A stretch of DNA of 64,000 nucleotides, from IMG/VR virus record IMGVR_UViG_3300033073_000492, positions 1 through 64,000 of that record; one strand, given 5' to 3'. The DNA comes from a virus. Its lineage: Duplodnaviria; Caudoviricetes. Made by a program: the position numbers and the translations under genes. The notes below the pieces were generated by a model. That model was not told the origin of the DNA, did no database searches, and saw nothing but the letters and a program-made list of their open reading frames with translations. Positions within the stretch are counted from its first letter, which is position 1. Each line of letters starts with the position of its first letter. This document shows, one piece after another, positions 23,285 through 33,535 of the stretch.

Positions 23285-24768
23285 TAGGATTTGACACTCA
23301 CATTATATCTAACTTCAAATCTATCTGCATCACTACGGTCATTGACCATTGGCTCCCCACGTATGTTTAAACTTGTGTTCAACAACATGGGGCAACCAGT
23401 TAATACAAACCATTTTTCCAAGAGTTCTCTGATGCCGCTTCCGTCTCTGGGCACAGTTTGTACACGACTAGTCCCGTCATTATGAACGATAGCAGGAAAT
23501 AAGTCAGGGTGCCTACAAGTAGCGATGACTTGCATATACCTACTGTCACTCCAATTATCAGGCATAATAAAATACTGGTCAACCATCTCTTCCAGAATAA
23601 CTGGCGCAAAGGGTCTGAATTGTTGTCTACGTTTAATTTCATTTACAGTCTCCTTAATCTTGCTGCCGCGAGGGTCTGCCAAGAGCGAACGGTTTCCAAG
23701 TGCTCTGGGGCCGAACTCGGCTCGTCCGGATGCCACTCCCACAATAGACCTAACAAGTAAGTCATCAAGGATATCATTAACAGGATAATCACCAGGTATA
23801 TTGTGCCCAAGAAAACTATTGGTAAAGTTAACTCTGCGCCCATAAGCCAAAGCGGCAGCACCAACGCTAGACCCAGCGTCACCGGGATTAGGCATAATCC
23901 ATATTTGTTCAAAATATTCTCCTAACAATCTATTAGCAAGACAGTTTAATGCTACGCCACCACCATACACAAGATTCTTGCTCTTACCAAGTATTCTTGC
24001 TTTAGCCATTACATTCATAATCAAGTGTTCAACTAATAGTTGACTACTTGCGGCAATGTCCATATCATCTACACCCTCTAACAAATTGTCAGGGGTTCCC
24101 AGATGCAAATTGTGTTTAAAGTCTAACTCTTTACTATCTTCAAGTAACTCTAAGTGTAAATCACTATAGTATCTAGTAGACCCATAAGCTGCCATGCCCA
24201 TTAATATATATTCTTCGTCAAGCGGCTTTAAGCCCACTCGTTTAGTCATAGCACTATAGAACAATCCAATACTGTCTGGATACTTTTTACTGTATAACTT
24301 CTTATACTGTGCGTATCCGTTCATATCGTAAGTGGCATCGTATATTGTAATAGTTTCAAACTCTCCGATAGCGTCAATCACTACAACTGTTGCGTCATCG
24401 AAGGGGCTAGTCTGAAACCCTGCAGCCGCATGTGACAAATGATGCCCGTGCGTGTGAATCTTTTTCTTGCCTAGTGCATTATAAGCTGATTGCCCAACAT
24501 GATATTTTGCGCTTAAGCTACCCAACTTAGGACTTTCACCCGAGCGCAATTGACGCAAGAACTTGAGTAATGGCTTCTCATAATAGTGAACTGAATAGTT
24601 ATCTCCCGCATATTGTAATGCATCTTGTACTAACCCAATATCAATATGCTTATCATGCTTGATACCACTATATCTTTCGCTGTGCCCAGCAAAGACTAAG
24701 TTCCCATTGTCGTCAATAACTGACATTGCGGCATCGTGAAAACCACATGATATTCCTATATAACTCAT
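23284..24768 (-). CDS. NodU/CmcH-family O-carbamoyltransferase
   Basis: GFHDAA, HHLSHAAAGF, DAIGE, GGVALN, EFGPRALGNRS, FRPFAP and LLNTSLN. Confidence 0.93.
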   Translation of the reverse strand: MSYIGISCGFHDAAMSVIDDNGNLVFAGHSERYSGIKHDKHIDIGLVQDALQYAGDNYSVHYYEKPLLKFLRQLRSGESPKLGSLSAKYHVGQSAYNALGKKKIHTHGHHLSHAAAGFQTSPFDDATVVVIDAIGEFETITIYDATYDMNGYAQYKKLYSKKYPDSIGLFYSAMTKRVGLKPLDEEYILMGMAAYGSTRYYSDLHLELLEDSKELDFKHNLHLGTPDNLLEGVDDMDIAASSQLLVEHLIMNVMAKARILGKSKNLVYGGGVALNCLANRLLGEYFEQIWIMPNPGDAGSSVGAAALAYGRRVNFTNSFLGHNIPGDYPVNDILDDLLVRSIVGVASGRAEFGPRALGNRSLLADPRGSKIKETVNEIKRRQQFRPFAPVILEEMVDQYFIMPDNWSDSRYMQVIATCRHPDLFPAIVHNDGTSRVQTVPRDGSGIRELLEKWFVLTGCPMLLNTSLNIRGEPMVNDRSDADRFEVRYNVSVKS

Positions 24769-25523
24769 AATCTTTTTGGCTTAAAGTATTTGGTAAAGTC
24801 TGTTTGTTTTGGTACATAAAAGTCTGAGAAGTCTAGCTCTGTACCCATCTTTATCTTATTAATTATCTGATTTGCCAAGAGCCTATGATTTTCTTCGGTC
24901 ATATGATTTCTGCGGATATCATCATATTGTTTACGCATCTCAGCATAGTCACTACCTCTGAAGAATACTTCATTTTCCTTATGGTATATATCATATAATG
25001 ATGTTCCTCTAGAACCATAGAAGTTAAACGTATCAACTAACATTAAATCATCACCCAAAATCTTACGGATCTTGTCTAATAAAGCCCCATGTTTAAACTG
25101 TTCTTCTTTACTATCTTGCATATAAACAAGATAGTCACGGGCACTAACTAATAACCTAGCTTCTTCTTCGTCGGGGTTAGTTCGTATAGACATTTCCCAT
25201 AATTGATGCTCGATTGCGGCTAGAGTAGTGAACTTAATCTTGCCCGCTGATACACTATTAGCAACAAATCTACCCGGGTGAGTTACAAACAATATAACTT
25301 TCGTGCCCGGTTTATATAATTTGTTAATCTTAGTGAACGCATCCCATAAGCTAGTGCCACCTTCCCCATAACTAGTGACACTATTAAACTCCCCGCACTC
25401 ACGCAATAACTTGTGATAGCTTAATAAACTATGTACACTATTATATAAGTAATGACTTGAGGGAAAACCGTCTAAGAACTCTTCGGCAAAACTATCGCCG
25501 AATATTACTACGTCTGGCTTCAT
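24765..25523 (-). CDS. SGNH-hydrolase-like protein
   Basis: IFGDSF block I, GGTS and a C-terminal RNHMT. Confidence 0.55.
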   Translation of the reverse strand: MKPDVVIFGDSFAEEFLDGFPSSHYLYNSVHSLLSYHKLLRECGEFNSVTSYGEGGTSLWDAFTKINKLYKPGTKVILFVTHPGRFVANSVSAGKIKFTTLAAIEHQLWEMSIRTNPDEEEARLLVSARDYLVYMQDSKEEQFKHGALLDKIRKILGDDLMLVDTFNFYGSRGTSLYDIYHKENEVFFRGSDYAEMRKQYDDIRRNHMTEENHRLLANQIINKIKMGTELDFSDFYVPKQTDFTKYFKPKRL

Positions 25524-25524
25524 A

Positions 25525-25620
25525 TCAATAGATAAATGGGTCTCTGCCACGTAGTTCTTTCAAGCGTTTGCGATGCTTGTATTCCCTGATAATTCGTTTG
25601 AAAAAGTTGATAATAAACAT
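25525..25620 (-). CDS. small basic protein (31 aa, not in ORF track)
   Basis: Translation MFIINFFKRIIREYKHRKRLKELRGRDPFIY; perfect TATAAATA 5 nt upstream. Confidence 0.7.
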   Translation of the reverse strand: MFIINFFKRIIREYKHRKRLKELRGRDPFIY

Positions 25621-25624
25621 AGAC

Positions 25625-27127
25625 TTATTTATAGTCATTGCCCACGTACTTAATGAATTCGGGAAATACTTCTAATAGATTTGTATTGTTCCTAGCATCA
25701 TATTGTTTAAAGTATTCAATAAAGTTATTACGGTTTAAGATAGTATTCATACGCTTATCCTGCATGACTGCTAGGTTACGTTCTAATTTGTCTATTTCAA
25801 AGTCATAGAACCCAACAAAGTCACCCTTGTCCATGTTCTCAGCCATGAATACAATAGCTTCCTCAATATAAACATCATACTCTTCAGGAAGTATCTGGAT
25901 ACTTTGCCATTCTGGGTTACGCAATAACGGGATATCGAACCATACACGTTGTCTAGGGTTCACAACATAGTCTGGGTGCTTAGTATATGGGTCAACAATA
26001 GGTATATGTTTAGTCCCTTGATTGTCTCTGCTAAACTCTCTACGTACTTCTAACACATATTGCATGAACTCTTTAATTCTAGGTACGCTTAAACAATTAA
26101 ATGTATTAATGAAGGTTACGTTAGTATTCACAGTACTATTCATAAACTTACTTACATTCGATTTCATTAGTTCAAAGTCTAACCCCTTACGTATATACTC
26201 AGCTTGATTGCCCACACTGTCTACACTAACGAACAAACTAAAGTGTTTCAGTGCCATGTTCACATACCAGTGATTACCCGAGCCAGGGTTAAACTTCTCT
26301 TTGTCTTCCCATATTTGAATTTCTTCTAGTTTCTGAACTTTATCAATGAACTTATCCATTAATTCTGTTCTTGGGGGACACATATTAGTTGTCACGCTCA
26401 TCTCTAATGAACTGTTAGGGTTCTCATAGATATAATCTAACACTTTGAAGGTGTTTACATCCATTAATGGTTCGCCACCAGTCACTCTAAACACTTCAAG
26501 TTTCTTATACAAGTCTGGCCACCATTGCCAGAAAGCATTAACGTAGGGGTTGTCACTTTGTTTAACTTGTAACGGCATCATATCACGTAGATATTCAATA
26601 TCATTGTGCTTAGTCTTTAAGCCATTCTTATCTGTAACTGTGTAGGCTCCGTACTTCATAATATCCTGCTCCCACGTTGTACTTAAATGGGGACTACAGT
26701 ACATACATTTAAAGTTACAGGCTTGATTAAAGTTTACTTCTACATAACGTGGGTCAATATTACCCTTGTCCATTACTTTTAATATATCTTTGCGACTATT
26801 CTGTGCCCAGTCTTCCCCCGAACGATATATTCTATCGCTACGGCCACCCACATCTTCAATACGCCAGCAGTATTCACAGCCCTTGGGTCTTTCCCCATTG
26901 AGCATCATTGTACGTTCTAGTTTCTTTTGCTCTGTATTATGTAAATTGCTAGGGTTATGCTTGATTGAATCTACATCTATCTTATGCAATGGAGGATGGT
27001 AACAACTGTTAGTCATCCCGTTAGTTAAATGTAACGATACTTGCGCCCACTTAGCATAGCACATTGTTTTGCTAATGAACTTTAACTGATGCTCTGCTTT
27101 ATCGGCGTTTTGATTATAATCACTCAT
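25625..27127 (-). CDS. radical SAM protein with N-terminal Twitch/SPASM-like Cys cluster
   Basis: CYAKW...SCYHP...CEYCW auxiliary cysteines; CNFKCMYC; TGGEPLM. Confidence 0.9.
   Translation of the reverse strand: MSDYNQNADKAEHQLKFISKTMCYAKWAQVSLHLTNGMTNSCYHPPLHKIDVDSIKHNPSNLHNTEQKKLERTMMLNGERPKGCEYCWRIEDVGGRSDRIYRSGEDWAQNSRKDILKVMDKGNIDPRYVEVNFNQACNFKCMYCSPHLSTTWEQDIMKYGAYTVTDKNGLKTKHNDIEYLRDMMPLQVKQSDNPYVNAFWQWWPDLYKKLEVFRVTGGEPLMDVNTFKVLDYIYENPNSSLEMSVTTNMCPPRTELMDKFIDKVQKLEEIQIWEDKEKFNPGSGNHWYVNMALKHFSLFVSVDSVGNQAEYIRKGLDFELMKSNVSKFMNSTVNTNVTFINTFNCLSVPRIKEFMQYVLEVRREFSRDNQGTKHIPIVDPYTKHPDYVVNPRQRVWFDIPLLRNPEWQSIQILPEEYDVYIEEAIVFMAENMDKGDFVGFYDFEIDKLERNLAVMQDKRMNTILNRNNFIEYFKQYDARNNTNLLEVFPEFIKYVGNDYK
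25626..25633 (-). promoter_or_regulatory. T4-consensus late promoter TATAAATA
   Basis: Exact T4 gp55-dependent consensus inside the sugar-modification cluster. Confidence 0.7.
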
Positions 27128-28040
27128 CTTTAAACTTATTGTATATGAAGTCAGCGATTTCTATACTATTACCCTCACCTGGGTGTACGCAATCTCTGGC
27201 TTTATTGTCTATTGTAAAGAATTTATCCGACCTTGTATAGTGTGCAGTTAACCCAAAGAAGGATATCTTACTATATTTGGTTCTACCCTCAAACATAGCG
27301 TCAGTATAACTTGACCAATAATAGTTCTTAGCTAGTTCGTTACCCGGATCCATGAACGTCATCTCCCAGTGCTTAACTAAGTCAACATCCCCTGACACTT
27401 TCTCTTTGCTTCTATCTCCCCCTGTCCAAGGGCCCAAGTCACTATAATTATTAGGACTATAGAATCTAAATCTATCAGTAGTAGACCAATTAATAACGAC
27501 TCCATAGGGCATTGGAAAGTTCTTTATTAGTGCCGCACAGTTATTAACGATTAATTCATTAGAACCGCTGGGTACTCCTAGATTAACTACATACTTGCCG
27601 GTCTTTTGTTGTATATGATGTGCAATTGTCTCATCTTCCGCTAAGCCTACACCGAATGTGCAACTGCATCCTAACAATACAATAGAGTTTTCCCAGTCAA
27701 TCTCATCCCATTCTTTGGTTCTATACCCACTACTATTAACAATATACTTTACTCTTTTGGTACGATACTTCCAATCAGGGGGCATTACTTTTAAGTTATT
27801 TTGTAACTCATTGGGACCATCCATACCCGAATAGCTATTAGACCCATGCGTTAAACTGTTCACGTGCGTGAAGGGATATTGTTTATTCTCTATATACCCG
27901 GGGATAGGAATCTGTGAAAACTGTCTAGCAGGCCATTGTACATACTCAAAGTTATACTTGCCATCATCAATATGGTCTCTGCTGATACTAGCCCAATCGG
28001 GTATAGGGGTATTTTGATTATTGTTTAGTGATGAACTCAT
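27120..28040 (-). CDS. SGNH-hydrolase-like protein
   Basis: LGCSCTFGVG, NLGVPSGSN, INWS and DCVHPG. Confidence 0.55.
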   Translation of the reverse strand: MSSSLNNNQNTPIPDWASISRDHIDDGKYNFEYVQWPARQFSQIPIPGYIENKQYPFTHVNSLTHGSNSYSGMDGPNELQNNLKVMPPDWKYRTKRVKYIVNSSGYRTKEWDEIDWENSIVLLGCSCTFGVGLAEDETIAHHIQQKTGKYVVNLGVPSGSNELIVNNCAALIKNFPMPYGVVINWSTTDRFRFYSPNNYSDLGPWTGGDRSKEKVSGDVDLVKHWEMTFMDPGNELAKNYYWSSYTDAMFEGRTKYSKISFFGLTAHYTRSDKFFTIDNKARDCVHPGEGNSIEIADFIYNKFKDE

Positions 28041-29016
28041 ATAGTTTCTTTGCAAATAAGTCATGTCCCTTAGCACTTGGGTGTGCGCAGGATGTTACCC
28101 ACAAGTTGGGGCTGGCTTTTCCTAGATAATTAAAGAAATATTCTGGATTTTCCTCTTGATTAACAACTAAATCAACAAACGTTTCATAGTTATCAGGGTA
28201 GAACATATTGTCCCAAGGCCATAACTCTACTAAACTATCAATATAGGGTTCGTTGACTACTTTTTTAACGTCTATAATCTCTCCTTCCATATTACGCTCA
28301 TACTTCTTCATCAAGCACTCTTTAAAGTATTCACGGGTATATCGTTTGTCGAATGCTGGGGTAATGATTAGTTTAGCATTCTTGTTTTCACACCATGTCT
28401 TTAGTTCTTGTACGTTGCTCAACTGTTCTAATACTTCATGCTTGTCACTAAAGATATGCTCTGCATAACCCTTCCACAATGTATGTCTAGGGCCTTTTGG
28501 AATATCTTTATAATGAGGCCAAATACAACGCCAGTGTGCGTGATCCATCCAATTATCATACGCAAAGTCGAAACGCTCTAGTCCACTGGGGGCAAATATA
28601 ACAATTGTTTCTTTAACCAAGTCCCATTTAACTTCAGGATGAAAGTATAATTCTTTAATAGTTCCTCTGTTACCGTTACCCCGCATGCCCAAGTTAATAT
28701 GAGCATACTCACCCTTAAAGTATTTGTCGGCTAACACTTCCCCGAACGCATTACTATACTCCATGAATGTAAAGTCTAGTTTATCTTGAAACCCTGGCTC
28801 TACGATAGGATACTTTGCTAGTATCTCTTTACGTTGTTCTTTAGTAGGGCGTAGTTCTAATGGAACTCCTAGTCTTTCAAAGTGCCATGTATAGTCTGTG
28901 TATAACTCATCGTTCACAGCACCCTGTCCCTGCACAAAGGAACAGCCCATAGTTATAATAACTTTGCCAGTTTCTTCTATTTTCTTGTTAATCTTTGGTA
29001 TCTGTTGTCTGTACAT
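28018..29016 (-). CDS. SGNH-hydrolase-like protein
   Basis: MGCSFVQGQG, NLGMRGNGN and CAHPSAKGH. Confidence 0.55.
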   Translation of the reverse strand: MYRQQIPKINKKIEETGKVIITMGCSFVQGQGAVNDELYTDYTWHFERLGVPLELRPTKEQRKEILAKYPIVEPGFQDKLDFTFMEYSNAFGEVLADKYFKGEYAHINLGMRGNGNRGTIKELYFHPEVKWDLVKETIVIFAPSGLERFDFAYDNWMDHAHWRCIWPHYKDIPKGPRHTLWKGYAEHIFSDKHEVLEQLSNVQELKTWCENKNAKLIITPAFDKRYTREYFKECLMKKYERNMEGEIIDVKKVVNEPYIDSLVELWPWDNMFYPDNYETFVDLVVNQEENPEYFFNYLGKASPNLWVTSCAHPSAKGHDLFAKKLYEFITKQ

Positions 29017-29017
29017 A

Positions 29018-30352
29018 TTAATCCTTAAAGTAATTACTGATAGTAACCATTGATTTAGGTACTCTCATAATACTATTACGCTTGAGTTTGTCATAATTAA
29101 ACTCTAATATCTCTTTCATCCCGTTAAACCATTCAAGTCTTTCACTAACGGGTATTGCTTTTATCTTCTTTAGACTATCAATGATAGCGTCTAACCGTTC
29201 CCAGCATTCTAGTTCATCGTATGATTCGTCTATATAGGGGTGAAACGTTTTGTATCCTAGCTCTTTTAAATAATGTAGTGAATACTTGTTACCAAAGATA
29301 ATGAATGGATGCATCCCAGCAATGGGTTTAAAAGACTTCTCACTGATAAAGCAAGTATCTTCCCCAAAGCTGGCTTCGCTGATAACTGATACCCAACTAT
29401 CTAACATAATATCTTCGTTGAATCGCATCTGATACTTACCAGAGTCTTGGTCTTCAAAGATAGCTAGTTCTTCATCGTTCTTTTCAGTAGTGGGAGGGAG
29501 CATGGGTAATAGTTTGCTGATATTATCATAGCTAGACTTGTCCATGATTCTACCCATATAATAAGTATTTTCCCAGGGTAAGTCGTTCATACTATTCAAC
29601 CCATCATGTAACAAGTTGTTTTCAACTAGTTCTTTGAACATCCATATACGATGCGCTCTAGGACGCTTCTGCAAACAGTTATATACTTTGATATCTTCCA
29701 AGTGTTCTGTCTTATATTGTAAATGCTCATGGAATCTGGGCAATGCTGGGATATTATCTATTCTAACTCTGTTAATAGCACTATTAAACACAGCATTCTC
29801 AAAATGTGCGTGGCTAATCATGTCTATCTTGTCTGTTACTTGTTTTTCTTCACAGTATATGTTATATTTGCGCCCAATATCCATATCGCCCGTGACATAT
29901 AACACTTGTTTAGGATTAATCTGATAATGTTCTAGTGATTCATGGAACCAATCAAACACCCAGTCATATTGATAGCCCTCATGTGATTGGTCTAACAATA
30001 GAAACGCTTTACCCGAACGTAAATCTCGTAAGTATGTTGGATTCAAGTGTTCAAACACGTTCTTAATATCAAAGTTACATGTGTCTACAAACTTATCTCC
30101 CAGGGGACCGCACCAATCGTATGGGCTATGTGTTACACCCGATGGAATAATATACTTGTCGAACTCAAATGGATTGTCGCTTACTTTAACTGTAGAGAAA
30201 TCTACGTTCATAAACTTATCCTTCACTATATTATAGCGAATCATTGTTGTTACAACAGGGCTAGGGGTAAATCTATAGATACCCGATGGGTTCATGTCCT
30301 TACAGTTAGTAAAGTTCTCATAACTCTCTAATCGTTCAAATACAAAATTCAT
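29018..30352 (-). CDS. putative glycosyltransferase (GT-B-like, SEK-motif C-terminal domain)
   Basis: SVISEASF...FISEKSFKPI...PFIIFG...LKELGYKTF...DESYD is reminiscent of GT10-like nucleotide-sugar-binding motifs; the family is uncertain. Confidence 0.45.
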   Translation of the reverse strand: MNFVFERLESYENFTNCKDMNPSGIYRFTPSPVVTTMIRYNIVKDKFMNVDFSTVKVSDNPFEFDKYIIPSGVTHSPYDWCGPLGDKFVDTCNFDIKNVFEHLNPTYLRDLRSGKAFLLLDQSHEGYQYDWVFDWFHESLEHYQINPKQVLYVTGDMDIGRKYNIYCEEKQVTDKIDMISHAHFENAVFNSAINRVRIDNIPALPRFHEHLQYKTEHLEDIKVYNCLQKRPRAHRIWMFKELVENNLLHDGLNSMNDLPWENTYYMGRIMDKSSYDNISKLLPMLPPTTEKNDEELAIFEDQDSGKYQMRFNEDIMLDSWVSVISEASFGEDTCFISEKSFKPIAGMHPFIIFGNKYSLHYLKELGYKTFHPYIDESYDELECWERLDAIIDSLKKIKAIPVSERLEWFNGMKEILEFNYDKLKRNSIMRVPKSMVTISNYFKD

Positions 30353-31140
30353 TTTCTACTCCATTGTTCGGGGTCTTGCCCACTAACTTGGCTTCTACGC
30401 TCTATTAGTTTCAATACTTCCTCATTGTTTTCCTGCTCTTTGCTGGGACTAAACAATGCTCTGTTTCTATCTGTAGCGGTATTATCTGGCTTTTGTAGAT
30501 AATATACTGCCATGCTTTGTCTACATTCGTTCTGTGGGAACTTGTTGGGTACTTCTAAGCCGTGCCATGAGTTACCCGTAGTATCAAATATAACTGCTCT
30601 ATTGAATAAGGGTTCTACTAACTTAACACAGTCTTTGGGCTTGTTATTCTCACTAGACCATAAGCCTAATTCTCCGCCCCATCCACTCTGATAATTCTCA
30701 TTCAAGTATATAATTAAGTTATATTTACGTTGCAGTTTCAATTTGGGGTGAATAGAATAGTCTAAGTGTACGTTTAACTTGCCCCCGCTAGGATGAATAT
30801 GCCATCCGCCACCGTGCAATCCATTATCATTATATAAAGGACCTGACCCAGTTAATGTGCTAATCAATAACATAAAGTCTTTACTATTAAGATAGTCAAA
30901 GGCTCTATATGTTGTCTCGGGGAAACGGTCCCAGATATTGCACGTTTTCTTGACCTCTATTTCATTAAAGTATTTGCCATTATAAACGTCTGTTTCATAG
31001 TCAGCAAAGTCTCTAGCTAACTGTTTAGCAATATCTAATTCAAAGAAGTTATCAATAACTGCGTGGGGGAACGGACTATTGTCCTTAAAGTTATCAAATG
31101 ATTGTTTTAAATTGTCTATATTAATCAAATCGCTAACCAC
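30349..31140 (-). CDS. 2OG-Fe(II) oxygenase
   Basis: HLD (HxD), WHG distal His, RQS motif, GGELGLW and FNRAVIF. Confidence 0.88.
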   Translation of the reverse strand: MVSDLINIDNLKQSFDNFKDNSPFPHAVIDNFFELDIAKQLARDFADYETDVYNGKYFNEIEVKKTCNIWDRFPETTYRAFDYLNSKDFMLLISTLTGSGPLYNDNGLHGGGWHIHPSGGKLNVHLDYSIHPKLKLQRKYNLIIYLNENYQSGWGGELGLWSSENNKPKDCVKLVEPLFNRAVIFDTTGNSWHGLEVPNKFPQNECRQSMAVYYLQKPDNTATDRNRALFSPSKEQENNEEVLKLIERRSQVSGQDPEQWSRK

Positions 31141-32150
31141 CTATCGTTACGCAATGTCCATTGAATTACTTCTTCTAATCGTTTCTCAATGGGTTGGGGT
31201 GTCCAGCCCATGTCTTTCATCTTAGAACCATCTAGTGCATAACGTAAGTCATGCCCTGGGCGACTGCTATGAAAGTCTTGTAATTCAAAGTTTAAGGGCT
31301 TGTCTTGTACGTCTGCTATGAACTTGGCTAATGATAAGTTATCCATTTCAGTAGAGCCTACAATGTTAAACTTCTGACACTTTGCACCCGTTGGGTCGAT
31401 GGGTAATGAACTAATATTATACTTTAACAAGAACATTAGCGCATCCGCGACATCCTTAGCATGGATATAATGTCTAGAGCCAGCTTTAGTTCGTTCTGGA
31501 TTACTGTGTACAAATATCTTTTGATTGTCTCTGACACGTTTAATACACATGGGAATATACTTTTCTGGGTGTTGTCTTTCCCCGAATACATTCATGGTGT
31601 GAGTAATAATACAAGGTAATTTATATGTATTTTCATACGCTACAACCATTTCTTCTGCGGCTGCTTTACTAGCACTATAAGGGTTTGTACTATTATATCT
31701 GTCGTTTTCTTTATATTTGATATCGTCGGGTGCGGGACCAAAGATTTCGTCTGTACTGAAATAGACAAACCGTTCTAAGTTGTCAATCTTTCTAGCATAG
31801 TCCATTAAGTTAACTGTGCCCACAACGTTATCCATAACGAATTCCATAGGGTAACTGATACTTCTATCAACGTGACTACCCGCGGCTAAGTGAGCAATGA
31901 TATCTACTTTGCCAATATGACTAATGATTTGTGGATTTAATTCTGCTTTTAAGTCGTGATGCACAATGCGTACACGCTTTCTAGTCTTTTCAGGGTAACT
32001 TACTACAACTTCGTGCAGTCTGTTTAAGTTCCCTGAATAGTCTAGTCTGTCTAATGTAACAATATTCCAATCTGTTTCAGCCAGAATAGTGTCGATAACG
32101 TGATGGGCGATAAATCCTGCGCCCCCAGTGATTAATATGGTCTTGCTCAT
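31125..32150 (-). CDS. rfbB: dTDP-glucose 4,6-dehydratase
   Basis: TGGAGFIA, LDRLDYSG, HLAAGSHVDRSI, STDEIFG, YSASK and RPGHDLRY. Confidence 0.9.
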   Translation of the reverse strand: MSKTILITGGAGFIAHHVIDTILAETDWNIVTLDRLDYSGNLNRLHEVVVSYPEKTRKRVRIVHHDLKAELNPQIISHIGKVDIIAHLAAGSHVDRSISYPMEFVMDNVVGTVNLMDYARKIDNLERFVYFSTDEIFGPAPDDIKYKENDRYNSTNPYSASKAAAEEMVVAYENTYKLPCIITHTMNVFGERQHPEKYIPMCIKRVRDNQKIFVHSNPERTKAGSRHYIHAKDVADALMFLLKYNISSLPIDPTGAKCQKFNIVGSTEMDNLSLAKFIADVQDKPLNFELQDFHSSRPGHDLRYALDGSKMKDMGWTPQPIEKRLEEVIQWTLRNDRWLAI

Positions 32151-32158
32151 GCATCTAT

Positions 32159-33535
32159 TTAAGATGCTTTGCACGTTTCCCAAAAGTTTTTCATCTCAGG
32201 GAATGTCTCTAAGAAGTTTACTTTTCTGCGTCTATCATACTCAGTGAACCAATTATAGAAGTCTCTGCGTCCCTCAATTACTTTTTGTTCATCATAATTA
32301 ACCGTAGCAAAGTAATCACGTACACGACGGAAACGTTCATACTCTAAGTCGCTGAACTTAGTTCTGTCGTTCTCGTCACGGTTATCATCAATGAACTTTA
32401 ATATCTCGTCAAAGTAGGGTAAGAACTCATCCTTGGGTAATATCTGCATATCATACTGTAATGGTTCTTTTAAGTATGGGGTATCAAAGCGAACCATTCT
32501 AGTATTGTCACCCTTAGGAAATACATCGTCATACTTCTTACGCCATTCTAATACTTTACCCAAGAAGTCTGTAAAGCTAGTAACAGAGAGGATATTGAAC
32601 GTACACATGAACGCAATAGGGCTTTTAGTTCTAGTAATATATGTGTCAAAGTTCTGTTCCCAAACGTCTAATTTAAGTCCGGTTCTAATATATTCAGCAC
32701 GTTCATACCATGTGTCCATGCTAGTAAACAATTTAAATCGTTTAACTTTATTATTAGCAAGTAAATCATTGACATTATCAGCTAATCGTTCTACTAATTT
32801 AGGCTTTACCCCTAGATTACTATTCAAGTTTAGTTCTAAGTGTGGGCGGGGGTCTTCACGTAATTGGTCGAATAGTTTCCACGTTGTATTGTGCATTAAG
32901 GGTTCGCCACCCGTGACACGTAAGATATTCAATGTCTTTGACATTTCTGGCCACCATTTCCACCATGCATCTACATATGGATTACTATCTTCTTCATAGG
33001 GCTTGAACCAATCAATATCTAGTCTATGATTCTTCACAGTCTCATAGGGGCCATGCATCTTAATCTCAGTTTGAAAGCTGGTACTACTCATTGGGTGACA
33101 GTAACCGCATTTGAAATTACATTCATTACTAAATGCAATCTCAATATACTCTGGGTTAATGTTTGTATTCCATGTACTGTTCTTAATCTGTTCAAATCGT
33201 TCTGGGGTATATATTGACTGGTTGCGGATATGTCTATCTGACACGTGAGTATCGGATAGTGCTTCTACGTTCCAGCAATATTGACAGCCCTCAGGCTTCT
33301 CACCCACTAGCATTTGCGCCCGTTCCTCTTTTTTGTGACGGGTATTATGTAATGCTGAAGGGTCTTTAACTATTTCCTCTAGTTCAATATCATGCGGGCG
33401 TGGGTGATAGCAACTATGTGTCTGCCCCGTATGCAAGTAAATGCTTGTGTGATGCCATTTAGCCAAACAAAATGTTGGGCTAATCTCATTCATAATAGGA
33501 ATGATTTTCTTAATTCTATCTGTTTCTGAATCCAT
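32159..33535 (-). CDS. radical SAM protein, paralogue of 25625-27127
   Basis: CLAKW...SCYHP...CQYCW; CNFKCGYC; TGGEPLM. Confidence 0.9.
   Translation of the reverse strand: MDSETDRIKKIIPIMNEISPTFCLAKWHHTSIYLHTGQTHSCYHPRPHDIELEEIVKDPSALHNTRHKKEERAQMLVGEKPEGCQYCWNVEALSDTHVSDRHIRNQSIYTPERFEQIKNSTWNTNINPEYIEIAFSNECNFKCGYCHPMSSTSFQTEIKMHGPYETVKNHRLDIDWFKPYEEDSNPYVDAWWKWWPEMSKTLNILRVTGGEPLMHNTTWKLFDQLREDPRPHLELNLNSNLGVKPKLVERLADNVNDLLANNKVKRFKLFTSMDTWYERAEYIRTGLKLDVWEQNFDTYITRTKSPIAFMCTFNILSVTSFTDFLGKVLEWRKKYDDVFPKGDNTRMVRFDTPYLKEPLQYDMQILPKDEFLPYFDEILKFIDDNRDENDRTKFSDLEYERFRRVRDYFATVNYDEQKVIEGRRDFYNWFTEYDRRRKVNFLETFPEMKNFWETCKAS

Noticed and set aside
31141-31143. In-frame TAG just upstream of the 2OG oxygenase GTG start
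   Set aside because: It lies inside the overlapping rfbB coding sequence with no upstream start or SD in that frame, so it is incidental.
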